A DNA stretch of 64,000 nucleotides, taken from Octopus sinensis. Its lineage: Eukaryota. Both the position numbers and the translations under genes were made by a program. The DNA is taken from NCBI RefSeq assembly GCF_006345805.1, contig NC_043000.1:141360001-141424000 (forward strand), given 5' to 3'. Below are positions 1-13,443 of the stretch, piece after piece (position 1 is the stretch's first letter; every line of letters starts with the position of its first letter). The notes below the pieces were generated by a model. It did not search any database and had not been told where the DNA came from. It saw nothing but the letters and a program-made list of their open reading frames with translations.

Positions 1-30
1 TGCGATTATTATTATTATCATTATTATTAA

Positions 31-70
<40 letters not shown>

Positions 71-180
71 GCTGTTGTTGTTGTTGTTGTTGTTGTTGTT
101 ATTGTTGTTGTTGTTGTTGCTGCTGTTGTTGTTTTTGTTTTTGTTGTAGTTATCATCATCGTCGTCATCATCATCCTCAT
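1..180. repeat. Compound trinucleotide microsatellite (ATT)n/(GTT)n/(ATC)n
   Basis: Directly visible tandem trinucleotides. Confidence 0.95.
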
Positions 181-1264
181 TACTATTGTAATTGCTTCTT
201 GTTGAGGAGAGCGACGTTGTTTTTTGACTTGAAATACAAAAAAAAAAAAAAAAAATTAGGAAAGAAAACAAGGAGGCAAAGAAGAAGGAAGTTGGAGGAG
301 GAAAAGAAAGAAAACAATTACATTATTTGGAAGCAACAACATAATTAGATCACAGAGATATGTCTTATGTTACAAGACACATAACAGTGAGAAGACACCT
401 ATTGAAACAAAAAAAAAATATGTTCCTCTGGTGATGCTGATGTTGCTGTTATTGTAAGCAGATTTATTGAATAGAAATTGACAAAATATTGAAGTCTGAT
501 AGCCTTGAGACATTGCTTTTGTTTTTATGTAAAGGTGTGTAATGCTTTTGTTGGTATTGTCTCAGTATATTTCCTGGTATAACAAAAACCTGGCAACACC
601 TACTTGTCATGTTAACTTTTTATAGAGCCAACAAATGAGCCTTTAGTTGATAGTTGACCTACAAGAAATAGCAACCAAATCTCTTGTACATTATGATCAC
701 CCATCTTAAAAACGAAGGACACATTGTGTGCTTGGGTGCACTCTGCTTGAGGAAAATATTGGATTATTACATCGGCAGGAAGGTTTTAATCATGACTCTA
801 TTTTATCAAGGCCAAAATACAGCATTTTTATATGCATCGAGTTATCTGTGACAATTTTGAATCTTACATTAGAAATCTAGTTGTGTTCTATAAAAGCGAC
901 CTAAAGCGGGGTGGCGGTGATGGTGGTGAGGACTGAAAGTGGTTATTTTTTTGTATAAGAATAACAAGAATATGATTTTGTCATCAAATTGCAGCTATTA
1001 ACTGAAAGTTGAGCTGAAACGAGGGTACGGAGGTTATTTTTCTCTATAGAGCTGTTGCGTCTAACTGTTTATTACATATGAAATGTGTTAAAATAAGAAG
1101 TGACTATTGTCAGAGATTTTTTAGTAGAATAATTGATTTCGCAAAACAGCAATAATAACAATATATTTAAGGATACATATTTAATAAATGTAAGCATCTA
1201 TTAACATTTAATAAATGTAAATATTTATCAAATACATAATTCAAATACTAGCAGAAATACCAGC

Positions 1265-1400
1265 CTCGGGGCGGTTTTCTGATTGCTAGTTGATATTTAC
1301 ACATTTGGTTCTCATTATGTGTAGTTTTTCTCTCTTTCTTCTAATTTTCCTTTGTATCCTTTATTCATCTTATTGTACTCATTTGTCGAGTAAATATTTC
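1265..1400 (+). repeat. Dispersed repeat copy, diverged relative of 2663-2800
   Basis: Shared motifs in the same order: gggcggtt..gctagttg..atttacac..tttgtatcctttattc..tactca.ttg. Confidence 0.55.
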
Positions 1401-2020
1401 ATTGTTTCATTACAGACATAATCTCTGTTTCTCAGACAAACACAGTTAGTTCATCTTCTATGTGGCCGTTTAATAAGCCAGAAGTTACAGCATATTGTAA
1501 GACCTTTGACTTACAAAGCAGCCGTACTAACTCGTTCGCCTCTGATATTTTTTCTTTTTTCACAAATTATGGTGGTATATCTGGACAATTTAATGCTAAT
1601 GAAAATGAGAGAAAAAAAAGACATCGGATGGGTGATGCATACTTTAAGCGGAGATAAGTTTTTTCGCAAATTATAGTGTGGCTTACAATGCGCTGCTTAC
1701 CCATGCTTTTTAATTGAACTGATTTTTTTTAAAGTATCGCCATTATAGGTATTTATACTACGGCAAAATTAACAAACCAACTCGTAAATAAATGAGACCC
1801 TTGAATCCATCAGTTTACACACGCGCATACGCACTCACAGACTCACACACAGATTCGCATATCTATATATGAATGTATGTATGTATGTATGTACACAAAC
1901 GTGTCTAAGTGCATAGGTACATCACGATCTATACACACGCAGACGAAGGTAGATTCATATGAAAAAGAAAGTGAACAAAATAATATGACCACTTGCTTAT
2001 CGAGAAATTTGTAAGTTCAA

Positions 2021-2435
2021 TACTCTTTTACTCTCTTTTACTTGTTTCACTCATTTGACTGCGGCCATGCTGGAGCACCGCCTTTTTAGTCGAGCAACTC
2101 GACCCCGGGACTTATTCTTTTTGTAAGCCCAGTACTTATTCTATCGGTCTCTTTTGCCGAACCGCTAAGTAACGGGGACGTAAACACACCATCATCGGTT
2201 GTCAAGCAATGCTCGGGGGACAAACACAGACACACAAACATACACACACACACATATATATATACATATATACGACGGGCGTCTTTCAGTTTCCGTCTAC
2301 CAAATCCACTCACAAGGCATTGGTCGGCCCGGGGCTATAGCAGAAGACACTTGCCCAAGAGGCCACGCAGTGGGACTGAACCCGGAACCATGTGGGTGGT
2401 TAGCAAGCTACTTACCATACAGCCACTCCTGCGCC
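2021..2435 (-). mobile_element. tRNA-derived CORE-type SINE, family B
   Basis: On the minus strand: A-box-like TGGCTGTATGG, B-box-like GGTTCAGTCCC, CORE-like cttgggcaagtgtctt, internal (TA/TG)n and a (taaaagag)n tail. About 8 related copies are in the window. Confidence 0.9.
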
Positions 2436-2886
2436 AATGTTTAAAAAAAATTTCTTTTTAATATATTTTCTAAGATAATCAAACCAAATCTTTATCATTT
2501 TGAGCCACTCACACAATGAGTATTTCTGCCAAATCTGGTGAAATTCCGTTCGACCGTTTTCCAGTAATTTTTCAAACACACAGACAAACTGACAAAAATG
2601 AGTGATTACAATACCTTGGTTTTGTTTGCGTGCGAGGATAAATATGCATTTAACAAATCCCTGAAGGGCGGTTATTTTGCTAGTTGCTAAAATTTACACT
2701 TTTGATACCCCAATTTTTGTTATTTTTCTAATATGTTACTTCCAATTTGCTTTTGTATCCTTTATTCGTCAAATAGTACTCAGTTGCTGAATACATATAT
2801 TTAGAATAATAACGAGCGCTCAAAGGCAGTCCTCTAATTTATGAAGAAATCAGGTGTTATGTTGACTTTACTTAGATCCGTATAAG

Positions 2887-2922
<36 letters not shown>

Positions 2923-3485
2923 TAAATTTGTTTACGGGAAACGTTTTGAATATGCAAATAAATCTCTTATTCCCTTATTCCGGCCACAGTCTAATGATGC
3001 TGACGAGTGAACCGGTTTTGGAGGTTGCATCGAGCTGTACCGATATAGTATAGGATATATGTAGTAATAATAACAACAATTCACTGAAGATAGCCGTGCC
3101 TTAAATGAGATCAAATAAAGAAATGTTTGACCCACCCTTGACATCTACAGACCGGATAGCAAAATAAGTCCAACATCACCACAAACATCTCCATCCAAAT
3201 AAAACTACCGTTTGTGCCTCTCTTTCCATCACCTTCCTCTCCTCCCCAACAAATATACACGGAAATACCTACATAACTCAACCAACCTTTGCACTGCTCA
3301 CAGTGTTTCCGTCAATGGTCAATTTATTTTCCTGCTATGATATCCATATTAGTATGCGTAGTATTGCTGTTATTACAGTAACCATTATTATCACCCACGT
3401 TCAAGCTGGTAGATGAGTTATTACTATAGTACGCACTCAAAACACAGTTAGCTTTCTCATCATGACGTCCAGCGCTTTCTGTATA

Positions 3486-3710
3486 TGTTTAGCCCACAAG
3501 GGGCTAAACATAGAGGGGACAAACAAGGACAGACGAATGGGTTGAGTCGATTATATCGCCCCCAGTGCGAAACTGGTACTTTATTTATCGACCCCGAAAG
3601 GATGAAAGGCAAAGTTGACCTCGGCGGAATTTGAACTCAGAACGTAACAACAGACGAAATAGCGCTAAGCATTTCACCCGGCGCGCTAACGTGTCTGCCA
3701 GCTCGCCGCC
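3486..3710 (-). mobile_element. tRNA-derived SINE, family A (~230 bp)
   Basis: Near-identical to more than 10 other copies. Head ggcggcgagctggcaga, B-box-like gagttcaaattcc, flanking direct repeat ctttctgtata. Confidence 0.9.
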
Positions 3711-5679
3711 TTTCTGTATAACTTTCTGTATAACTTATTAGTTTCTCAGCCTTATTTTTTTTCGTCAACATATACATTTGAACAGTTTAGTATTAATAAC
3801 CTATGGTTACACGTCTACAGATGTACAGTGATGGAAAATTATATTTTTATTTTATTTCTGCTCATCACGAACAGCGATACCAGCAAAGGAATTAACTATC
3901 GGTAATATTTATGCAAAGAAGAAATTGAAAAAGACAAAGAAAGAAGTGAGGGAGATGTTAAGAAACGAATGCACGATTTTTTTTTTAAATATCACGCATG
4001 AAATAAAAATTACTCGTTTAGGTGAAATCTTCAACAATACAGGGATCTTCAAAGCTACATTTTTATCGTTTAAAAAAGTATTAATATTTAAATTTAAAAA
4101 TTTTCTTTCCTAGCAATGTAGTCTTTAATATTTGCTTTCTTTTCTTAAGAGTTTTATATTGAGACCTACTTAATAAGCGACTGCCTCTTTTATAATATAG
4201 ATGTTAATACAACCATTCCAATGTGTTATACATTTAAGGTATTTGGTATGCCGAATTGACAGAGTTGTTGGAGCGTCGGACAAATTCGCAGTGTTTATTC
4301 TGACTCTATGCATCCTTGGTTCTGAGTTCAAATCTCATTATGGCCTCCTTTGTAATAGAATTAATTTGTCATTAGTTTTAAGTGGGGCCTTTAGTGGAAT
4401 TCACTCTATTGCAAACACCCAGGCCAGGTTCTCAGTTTGAGTATATCTTCCTTCCTAACTTTCATTCGTCTCGAAGACACTGTAAATGGTCACTGGTAGC
4501 GTCCACCTCTTGAGTTACATAATAATAAAAACAACAATTTTTCAGATACGTGTAGAAGGACATTAATTGCTGTGCTTTGGATGAGTCCACAATCACTATC
4601 ACTAGATCCATATGCGTTTAGGAAGAGAATTTTACAATTAATACCATACCCTTCACCACTGCACATTGGAGCTTACGGTATAGTCCTCACACAGAAAAAG
4701 ACATAGCATAACTTGGGAAGATAAATGTTAGTAGCATCTCGTTGTTCAGTGGAATACATGCGTGTCATAAGAGAGTTCGATCAAGAACCTAGACCTTGAT
4801 CTGCGAACAACATCGTATAGTTCAAACTGTCACATACCAAAAATAGATAAGAGAAGAATATGATGGGAAGGAAGATAGATAGTCAAAGAAATTGTGTTGG
4901 AGTTCAAGAAAAGACAAAACTTTTGTGCGTCATTATTCACTCCCATAACTATTAAGCTCTTAAGCAGCTATTCATCGTAACTGAAAACAGTTAAATATTT
5001 TAATCTAATGTAAAATGACTGCTGCAAGTGATAGTTAGAAAAAAATTAATGCACTATACTCCCCATTTTACAACGTATAGACATATTAACTAATTATACA
5101 ATGCCCATTGCAGCTCATAAAACAAAAAATAATTGTTAAATGACATTCAAAATCAATGAACTCCTTAACAGGGACCACCATTCTGAAAGATTCTTCATTT
5201 GCGACCCCTATATATACCAGAGAAATTTTCTCATGATTGTTTTCAGTATTCATGAAATCAAAACCTCAATATGACCAGTATGTTGTTATATTACACTAAA
5301 AAATGTTACTAACAAGTTGAAAGTCAGAAAATATACAGTATTGTGGATATCAGTTAAGGCCAGACAAAACTTTAATAACAGCGAAATGTATATATGAGTA
5401 TCTTCAGAGGAATAGGAGTGCTTGTTTTATTTCGGTACACCATAATTACAGCAAATTCTAACTTGATATTTATCAATGATATTCTTAAAGGTATATTTAT
5501 TTTCTGAACAGACAAGCATATATTGCCTATATTGCCGTCAAAGCTGGGAATGTAAATTCATATAAATAAGTGGAATTATTCAGACGCTATGATAAATTCT
5601 GATTTCACACTCACTCAGAAAGAAAGAAAGAAAGAAAGAAAGAAATGAAGGAAGGAAGAAAGAAAGAAAGAAAAACTTG

Positions 5680-6900
5680 TAATCTGTTTTTGAAAATGCT
5701 AGTTTGAGGCCGAAATCGCATACCGTCTTTGTGAATTGTTCATGACCCTTCAAAATAAAAATAAAAAGTGTTTTACCTGTTTTATAGTTAACATGAATGG
5801 GATCTAAACCCAGTCTAATCTGCATTTGCCAACCTTTGGTAGGAATATTTACGGATCTTTCACAGGGAATAATCGTCAGAAGTGAAAACATTTCAAATTT
5901 ATAATTTTGTATAAATGTCTGCCTTAAGTTTATTTTTTCCAAGAAGCATCAAATTTATCCTCAAAATTGAAAATGCTTGGGTTTAGCCTTGCACAGGCAT
6001 TATGCTCATTAACGTTCTCGAATGTTTGATAAATAGTAGAATTAATAGTTCTCAAATTGAAAACATTCTATGAGATTTGATTTTTCTTCTGATAAAAATA
6101 ACCTTACTTTTTAAGTCTACTGCTCCTTTGAAAAATGGCGCACCTCTGTATGCAATAAATGACTGAATGTGACTCCCATAAGCTAGCATCCAATTGCAGA
6201 TAGACAGACATTCAATGCATAACACAATCGTAGACATTTAATGACTATGCTAGATTTTAAGGCACCTTGTATTGCTGGACCTAGTTTGGAAAATTATATT
6301 TTTAATCCACAAATTTCGAGGAATCATGAAATAAGAAGTCGTAATAGGTGCATTGCTTGAGATTTAACGTTAACTAGCAATACTTTAGTTTTTTTTCCCT
6401 ATTTTTGCTACTGCATCACTTTGTTAATTAAATGAAAATAACGGCCCACTTTGACTAAAATAACTTCACCAGTTATATATCAATCTAATATTTACAAAGA
6501 GTAAGTATTAGTGTGAATTCATTTCATGCCAATATCTGATAAAATCAGTAGTTTAGTCACACTAGAAAAGTCATCGATTCGTCCATCTGAATCGCAAATC
6601 GTTCAATAAGTTGAAGAAATTGCTTGTTTCTAATTTTTGCAATTCTTTTACACACCATATAGCTTGACAGTGGAACTGATATTTCACCAACCACGGAGAT
6701 GAACAATTTCTATGCTGGCCGCTGGCAACACAAGTTCTTCGCCAATTATGTATGGTTTCTTAGATTTGTTGGTTTAATATGAGTCATCGTATGACGTTCT
6801 TAAGTGGTTTTTCTTCTTCTCGAAATAGTCTACGTAATTCAAAATATTGTTATTGTATTTTCAAAGATTTCAGTAATCGTTCAGAAACGATAAAAAATAT
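5680..6900 (-). mobile_element. Decayed hAT transposase, Buster/Charlie (ZBED5/SCAND3-like)
   Basis: Minus-strand translations across frameshifts give KKPYIIGEELVLPAA (~6716-6763), FAIQMDES (~6576-6598) and LLHTEVR (~6137-6158). These match the Buster motifs KPHTIAEELILPAA, FALQLDES and LLHTEVRWLSRG in the expected order. Confidence 0.7.
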
Positions 6901-7494
6901 GTCTGCATAGAAAGCATGTCTAATATCAGGATATGCTTATTTATTTATTTAACAGGCTTCATACTCTCATTCATCAACTGTTCGTTTCAAATTAAGCAGA
7001 CTAGACGGAACTCATCATATCTTAGAGCAAAAATAAATCCATATTGCAAAAAAGATTCGTGATACTGTATTTTTTTCTGAGTGGTGCTATTTAGTTTTTC
7101 CAGTTTCACTCGCTTTACAATTCACATTACCACACCTGGGTTCTACACGAAATATTTCTTCAACACAGTTTTCTGCTCTGTTTATTTTTCTATATAGTTT
7201 TCTTGACAGATTTAACCATTTATCTATGATGCGGCATTTTCAAATCTAAGTAAGAAAAAAGCAAAGCATTTAAACTAAAGTTGGCTACTGTAAGACATTT
7301 TCACAAGGTAAGCTTATGCTGTACGTACAACTCTAGAATTTTCCCTCCTTTCTCTTGATCCCTAAACTAGAAATTGTCTATGAAGAAAAAGAAAAATTAA
7401 CAGTCCATTAATTTCACCCAAATTGTAAGTTATTTCTGTCATTTATGAAATATCTCACTTCATAACCTGTTCAACTAATAAATCATATGGTATA

Positions 7495-8607
7495 TAGGGT
7501 GGGGCAGAGAGGACGGACGTTTTTGAAAAATTCACAAAATCCTTAATTTTAGCTGCGAGAAAATTTTATTCACATCAATGTATTTGTATTGAACTAGCAT
7601 TTGTCAAACTTAAGTGCAAAAAGCAACATCCATCATGTGGTGTCCGTTTTCATAGATGCATTTCTGTAGAGGTTCTTGGAAGTTGACCTCCACTCTCTCC
7701 AGCATTACTCTGTCGATTTGGGGAACTTCTACTCGAATAGCTTCCTTCAAATCGTCCATTGAACGGGGCTTGTCTGCTTACACATGTGCCATGAGGTTTC
7801 CCCACAAGAAATAATCATACATAGACAAATCAGAGACCAATGGGGCCACAGAATCTCAGCAAACCTGGAAACGAGGCGGTCACCGAAGAGGGGGTGAAGA
7901 ACGCCCATTGATGCTCTGGCTGTGTGGGCCGTCGCCCCATCCTAGTCAAACCACACACGTCGAATAGGCATACGTTTATCCTATCCATGTAACGCTCGGA
8001 GTTCACAGTAACATTTCCATTATTGTCTTAAAAAAAGTAAGGACCAATGACAGCAAATTTTCCAACAGCACACCAACCCGTCAATTTTCGGCTGTGCAGT
8101 GGTCTTTCGTGCCGTTCTCTCGGATTTTCAAGAGCCCAATAACGACAGTTCTGTTGATTCCTCATTCTACTGAGATGAAAGTGAGCTTCACCAATTATTA
8201 ACAAAATGAAGTTGTCATTTGCCTCAAAAATTGCTTCCATCTGACATGCGAAGTTAAGCCGCTGTGAATAGTCCTATGGTTTCAACTGTTGCCTAATGAC
8301 CGATTTGTACGGGTGAAAATGCAGGCCTTCGTGTAAAATACGCCTTACCGATCGATTGCAGATGCCACGTTTAGTGGAATGCCCCCGATTAGAGCATTCG
8401 GACACTGTATCAAAGCTTGTATAACGCGTTCCACATTTTCCGGGGTCCATAACGTTCGTTGCACCCCCACCAGTCTCTTTTTCATTAGTGTTCCTCGTGT
8501 ACGAAGTTCATTCACCCAACGTAAGATTGCGTTACGGGTAGGAACAGCCTGATTACTATGATAATTGAAGTGGCAACGAAACTCATGCTGAATCGCTGTG
8601 ACAGACT
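7495..8607 (-). mobile_element. Decayed Tc1/mariner-superfamily transposon, rosa (DD41D) type
   Basis: Minus strand gives an HTH region SVTAIQHEFR..PTRNAILRWV..TPENVERV, then EAHFHLS..NQQNCRYW, WFx*DGATAHTA and WP..S(P)DLSMYDYFLWG. With one frameshift corrected I count 41 residues between the second and third Asp. A TIR-like end tatagggtggggc lies at ~7495. Confidence 0.85.
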
Positions 8608-9710
8608 TGTAGTGACCCCTAGCGGTCAAGCAGGAAAGGAAAACGAAAAAGGGATCCAACGAGAGTAATCTCCCTCGACCCTCTCGAAAATTTATACAAG
8701 TTATCCCCCAGCTTCCAATGGAATGATTGAACGATTCCACAGACAGTTAAAAGCTGTACTACGCGCTGCTCTACTCCTGATCCGCAACGTTGGACCGATT
8801 TCCTACTAATTGTTCTTCTTGGTTTCCGTTCTGCTGTTAAGACAGATTTAGGTTTCACCTCAGCCGAACTTCTTTACGGCACCACCTTGATGCTTCCTGG
8901 TCAAATGTTCACACCAGTTGATTCATCAGATTCTGATACGACATCATACGTTAACAGACTTCATTCTTCCCTCTCCAATCTTCCACCAATGTCTCTGCAG
9001 GACCAATCCATTTCTTCTGCTGTCCCATCAGACATCTCTGAGTGGATACATGTTTCTTTTCAGAACGATTCCGTTAAAGGGCCTCTTACATCAACCTTAT
9101 TCTGGACCTTATCGTGTACTGTCGCACTCACCAAAAAAACTTCATAGTCGACGTTAATGGCCGAAAAGAAGCAATATCCATTGACAGAATTTAAAAAATG
9201 GCTTCTCAGAAAATCTCATTTCAGAACATGACATACCATGCACATTCACTCCTTCACCACCACCACCACATGCACCGCAAACACAACATGCCTCTAAATC
9301 TTATATCATAAGAAGTGGCAGAACAGTACATTGGCCACAAAAATTATCCAGAACTACGTATATTTAACTTAGTGTTATAAAACAAACTGTTTGCTATTTC
9401 TTTTACAAAAGAACGTTTGCTCAAAAACATTTTTTCCATTTTTGCATTTAGTTTGATGTGCATAGCTGTGTAGCTAAAGGTTAACTGCATCAAACTCTGC
9501 TATTATATTCAGTACCTAGCATATGCATGTATTGATTTTCTCCTATTTTTACAACTTGGTTTGCAAGCACATATTTCTGCTACCATGTTTTGTTTCGTAT
9601 CTGCCCTGGACCACTACAGTGATTTTGCTTATCGCCTTCTCGTCTGAGGAGGGAGTTATGTAGTGAACCCTGGCGGTCAAGCAGGAAAGCAAAAAAAAAG
9701 GGATCTAAAC
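8608..9710 (+). mobile_element. Internally deleted Gypsy/Ty3 LTR retrotransposon: integrase C-terminal part between two truncated LTR starts
   Basis: Integrase motifs SNGMIERFHRQLKA, W..IVLLGFRSAVKTDLGFTSAELLYGTTLMLPGQMF, PYSGPYRVL (GPY/F module) and RSGRTV. A ~50-bp direct repeat TGTAGTGA.CCCT.GCGGTCAAGCAGGAAAG starts at 8608 and at 9659. A polypurine tract gaggagggag (9646-9655) precedes the second copy. Confidence 0.85.
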
Positions 9711-11404
9711 ACCCTTTGTAATAGCTGCAACTATTAGGGGAACCAAAATAGCTTGCTTTTATATTTATCGAACTAAGGATATATAATATAAAATTATCCT
9801 GGAAACTGTACCTCTATTTGTTGACAACGAATATATTACATTCCTGTCGTGATTAAGTAATCTCAACATATGCTTTGAATTGCAAGAATCTTCTGATTAT
9901 ACACATAATATATTTCCACATCAAGATTTTAAAATCGTAGCTGTAAATATTATTCGCATGAACACCATTCACACAAACGCTTTCTTCTCTTTAATATACG
10001 CCTAAGCGTACAACAGTTAAGGCCTTGTGTAATGATACACAATATCAAAGAATCGAAAAACCTCTTTAGAATCCGAAAATCATTATATTAAACTTACAAA
10101 AATTATCATTTATAACAAAATATAGAACTTTGTTGTTTCTAAACGCTCTGTTGTACCATCGACAAATATTTTTATAGTATATGGTAGCCTTTAAGTTTCG
10201 GATCTCTCCATGTGAAATGTGAGTGTATCACAAAGGCTGAATAAGAAGAGAACAAATGTAATCCGTTAAATTATGCCCGGTTGTTTAGTTTGCTTTCCAT
10301 GCTCACATTTTGTACTTTATAAGCAAATATTTATACCTTAAATGCATATTTTAAACACATATAAAGTACTTTAATACATAACACAAATTTTAGTATTCTT
10401 CGTGAAAGTTTTCACGAACTCAGATACATCTAATGTGACTTATCTTCTGTGACTTATAACGACTCATAGCTTAAGAATTACTGATCTTATGGTCAATTTC
10501 ACGGAGCCAACAAGGAAGCCTGTATCGGATAATTAAACCTTTAATAATAAGCAGTCAAAGAAACGATAGACTAGAAAATGTAGTTGTATAGATATCGTGT
10601 GCGATAAAAGAAATTATTTTATAATAGATCAATTAAATCAAGGTTCACATGGGACTGGACGACAGCCACGTCCTTAAACTGATGAACATTACCCCCAAAA
10701 TCTCTGTATTTCAGTATATTTAGATGTTTGCGTGTGTGAAAGCATGCATCGTTTTATTCGTGTTTACGTGTAAGCATACGGGCATTAATGTTAGCAATTG
10801 CTTGAGTTTCTATATTGATTTGTATATTTGTTGGTGGGAATAATAAATGTAAAACTCTATGTGTATTTGATATTTTGGGCATGACGTTGTTTATAGAGTC
10901 ATCTGAAAGGGGAAAAAAAATGGCTGTCACAGAAAAGACGCCTACGATCATAGATCAGCTTGAATAGGGCTGAACTTGGATAAACAACAACGTTAAACTA
11001 ATGTAAACATTTTATTTTAATTAACTTGTCGGAAGTGAAGAGACTACACGCATGACCTTTATAAACAAAATACCTTTGGAAGCAAATAAATAACCAACTA
11101 GTTTCCTTTTACTACTATTTTCCACTATAGCTCTAACCTAACATTCATCACATACAATTCTTCACGCATTGCTTTTATATCTCCTACAACTGGTGGCCAT
11201 TGCACGATCACATTCATCATCTTACATCCTACGTATACATCTAATAAAATTATCTCACACACTCAAAAAACAAGTAGATTCATATCAAATTCTGTTCATC
11301 TCTAATTATCTGCATATGTATTTGAGTGTATATGTGAATCAGCATATCTCTCGCCATTCTATCTTTTTCTTGTATGCCAGTTGAGTATTAGCTATTTACG
11401 GGAA

Positions 11405-11802
<398 letters not shown>

Positions 11803-12364
11803 GTGGATTTGTATTCCTTTGTTTACTCGTTTCAGTCCCTAGACTACAGAAATACTGGAGTACCGGATTTAAGAGCTTTAGTCAATCATATCGATCTCTA
11901 TACTTAATTCAGTCGACCATTTATATTATTGCTCGCTATTTACAAAATACCTAGTGGTATAACTTAAATATTTGCTTTCGAAAGATTTGGTCAACCATCC
12001 CGTATTATTTCAATGAGCGGTTAGAAGAGAAATTTCGTTTACGTACATGAGATTGATTCTAGGGTGTGTAGATGAAAAGTGATCAATAGCATCAGCAAGA
12101 TTAAGAGAGTTTACAATGCTCTAAGAATATTATTGTTAATTAAGTTAGATTTAGGTGCTCTGTACACTTGATATACCCTACAAAATCAGAATAAGTAAGA
12201 AAAAGTAAAAGAATTCCTGATTTCAATGTTTACTACTGAATATTTCCTCAGTTTATGATTGATCTTACACATTCAATGTTATCAAGTCGTTTATTGATCC
12301 TAATACTAAGAGAAGTAGAAAATTCTCTTACTTTGTTATCAATTGTTACTACTTTTCTAGAACA

Positions 12365-13100
12365 TTGGGGTTTGGATAATTCACCTCTGGAAACGTGGGT
12401 GTTTCGTATAACGTCCTTAAACAATACTTATTCAGGGACCTTTTGAGTGGGATGAGCTACTCACTTGAAGAAAATTCTATCTGGGCCCCACCTGCGAGGT
12501 CATGCGCTGTTGATCTTGATATGAGATCACCACGTCGCGCACATATGGTTGTGATGCATGTGCCTGGTGTACTCTTATTTCTTTATTGCCCACAAGGGGC
12601 TAAACATAGAGGGGATAAACAAGGACAGGCAAAGGGATTAAGTCGATTACATTGACGCCAGTGCGTAACTGGTACTTAATTTATCGACCCCTTAGGATGA
12701 GAGGCAAAGTCGACTTCAGCGGAATTTGCACTCAGAACGTAACGGCAAACGAAATACCTATTTCTATTTCTTTACTACCCACAAGGGGCTAAACACAGAT
12801 AGGACAAACAAGGACAGACAAACGGATTAAGTCGATTATATCCACCCCCAGTGCGTAACTGGTACTTAATCTATCGACCCTGAAAGGATGAAAGGCAAAG
12901 TCGGCCTCGGCGGAATTTGAACTCAGAACGTAACGGCAAACGAAATACCGCTAAGTATTTCGCCAGGCGCGCTAACGGTTCTGCCAGCTCACTGCCTTAC
13001 TGGTGTACTGTTATGAGACGGGTAGTCATGATGGGTATACTGGACTTCGTATATTTTACCCCGGGGTCACTTTGATGTCATGCACTGCTCTCTCACTCAA
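12365..13100 (+). mobile_element. Non-coding retro-repeat ending ctctctcactc(aat)n, interrupted by a SINE A dimer
   Basis: High similarity to 13580-13950 (minus) and 58165-58432 (plus). It is split at a ctggtgtact TSD (12564-12573 and 13000-13009). Confidence 0.8.
12574..12999 (-). mobile_element. SINE A tandem dimer (one full unit plus one 5'-truncated unit)
   Basis: Two consecutive SINE A bodies inside a single 10-bp TSD, ctggtgtact. Confidence 0.9.
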
Positions 13101-13261
13101 GATTAACAAGAAAAAAGCTTAATGAGATACCTAGCCCAAAGTAAGGAAACTTTGTTAGTGACAGTTAGGAACAAGGGAGTACTGAGGGCAGAGAAAAACG
13201 GAAAATAAAGAAGTAAAAAAGACATGAAGAAGAATTAAGCAAAAGGGAACTACAGAATTAA

Positions 13262-13443
13262 TTCCAGGTAGCCACAAAAACTAGACCGAGAGCGATATAC
13301 TGGCAGCGCAGGACCAAGCTCTGGCCACAAACTGGAAGGTCAATCTGAGGAATAAGCTAGTGTCTCCGCTGTGCCGTATCTATAATAGAGTGAATGAAAC
13401 CATGGCCCATATTACAAACGAATGCCCTAGATTTTCCCAAAAG
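13262..13443 (+). mobile_element. R4/Dong-like non-LTR fragment (zinc-knuckle region)
   Basis: Translates as SDILAAQDQALATN..LCRIYNRVNETMAHITNECP, matching the AAQDQAL..CR.C..ET..HI...C motif. Confidence 0.75.

Noticed and set aside
3870-3902. Possible 27-nt microexon (acag|CGATACC..CTATCG|gtaata)
   Set aside because: The splice signals are only moderate and the peptide is not recognisable. Such sites arise often by chance in AT-rich DNA.
6112-6149. Apparent minus-strand microexon GAPFFKGAVDLK with AG/GTAAG borders
   Set aside because: The same bases encode the LLHTEVR motif of the decayed Buster transposase in another frame.
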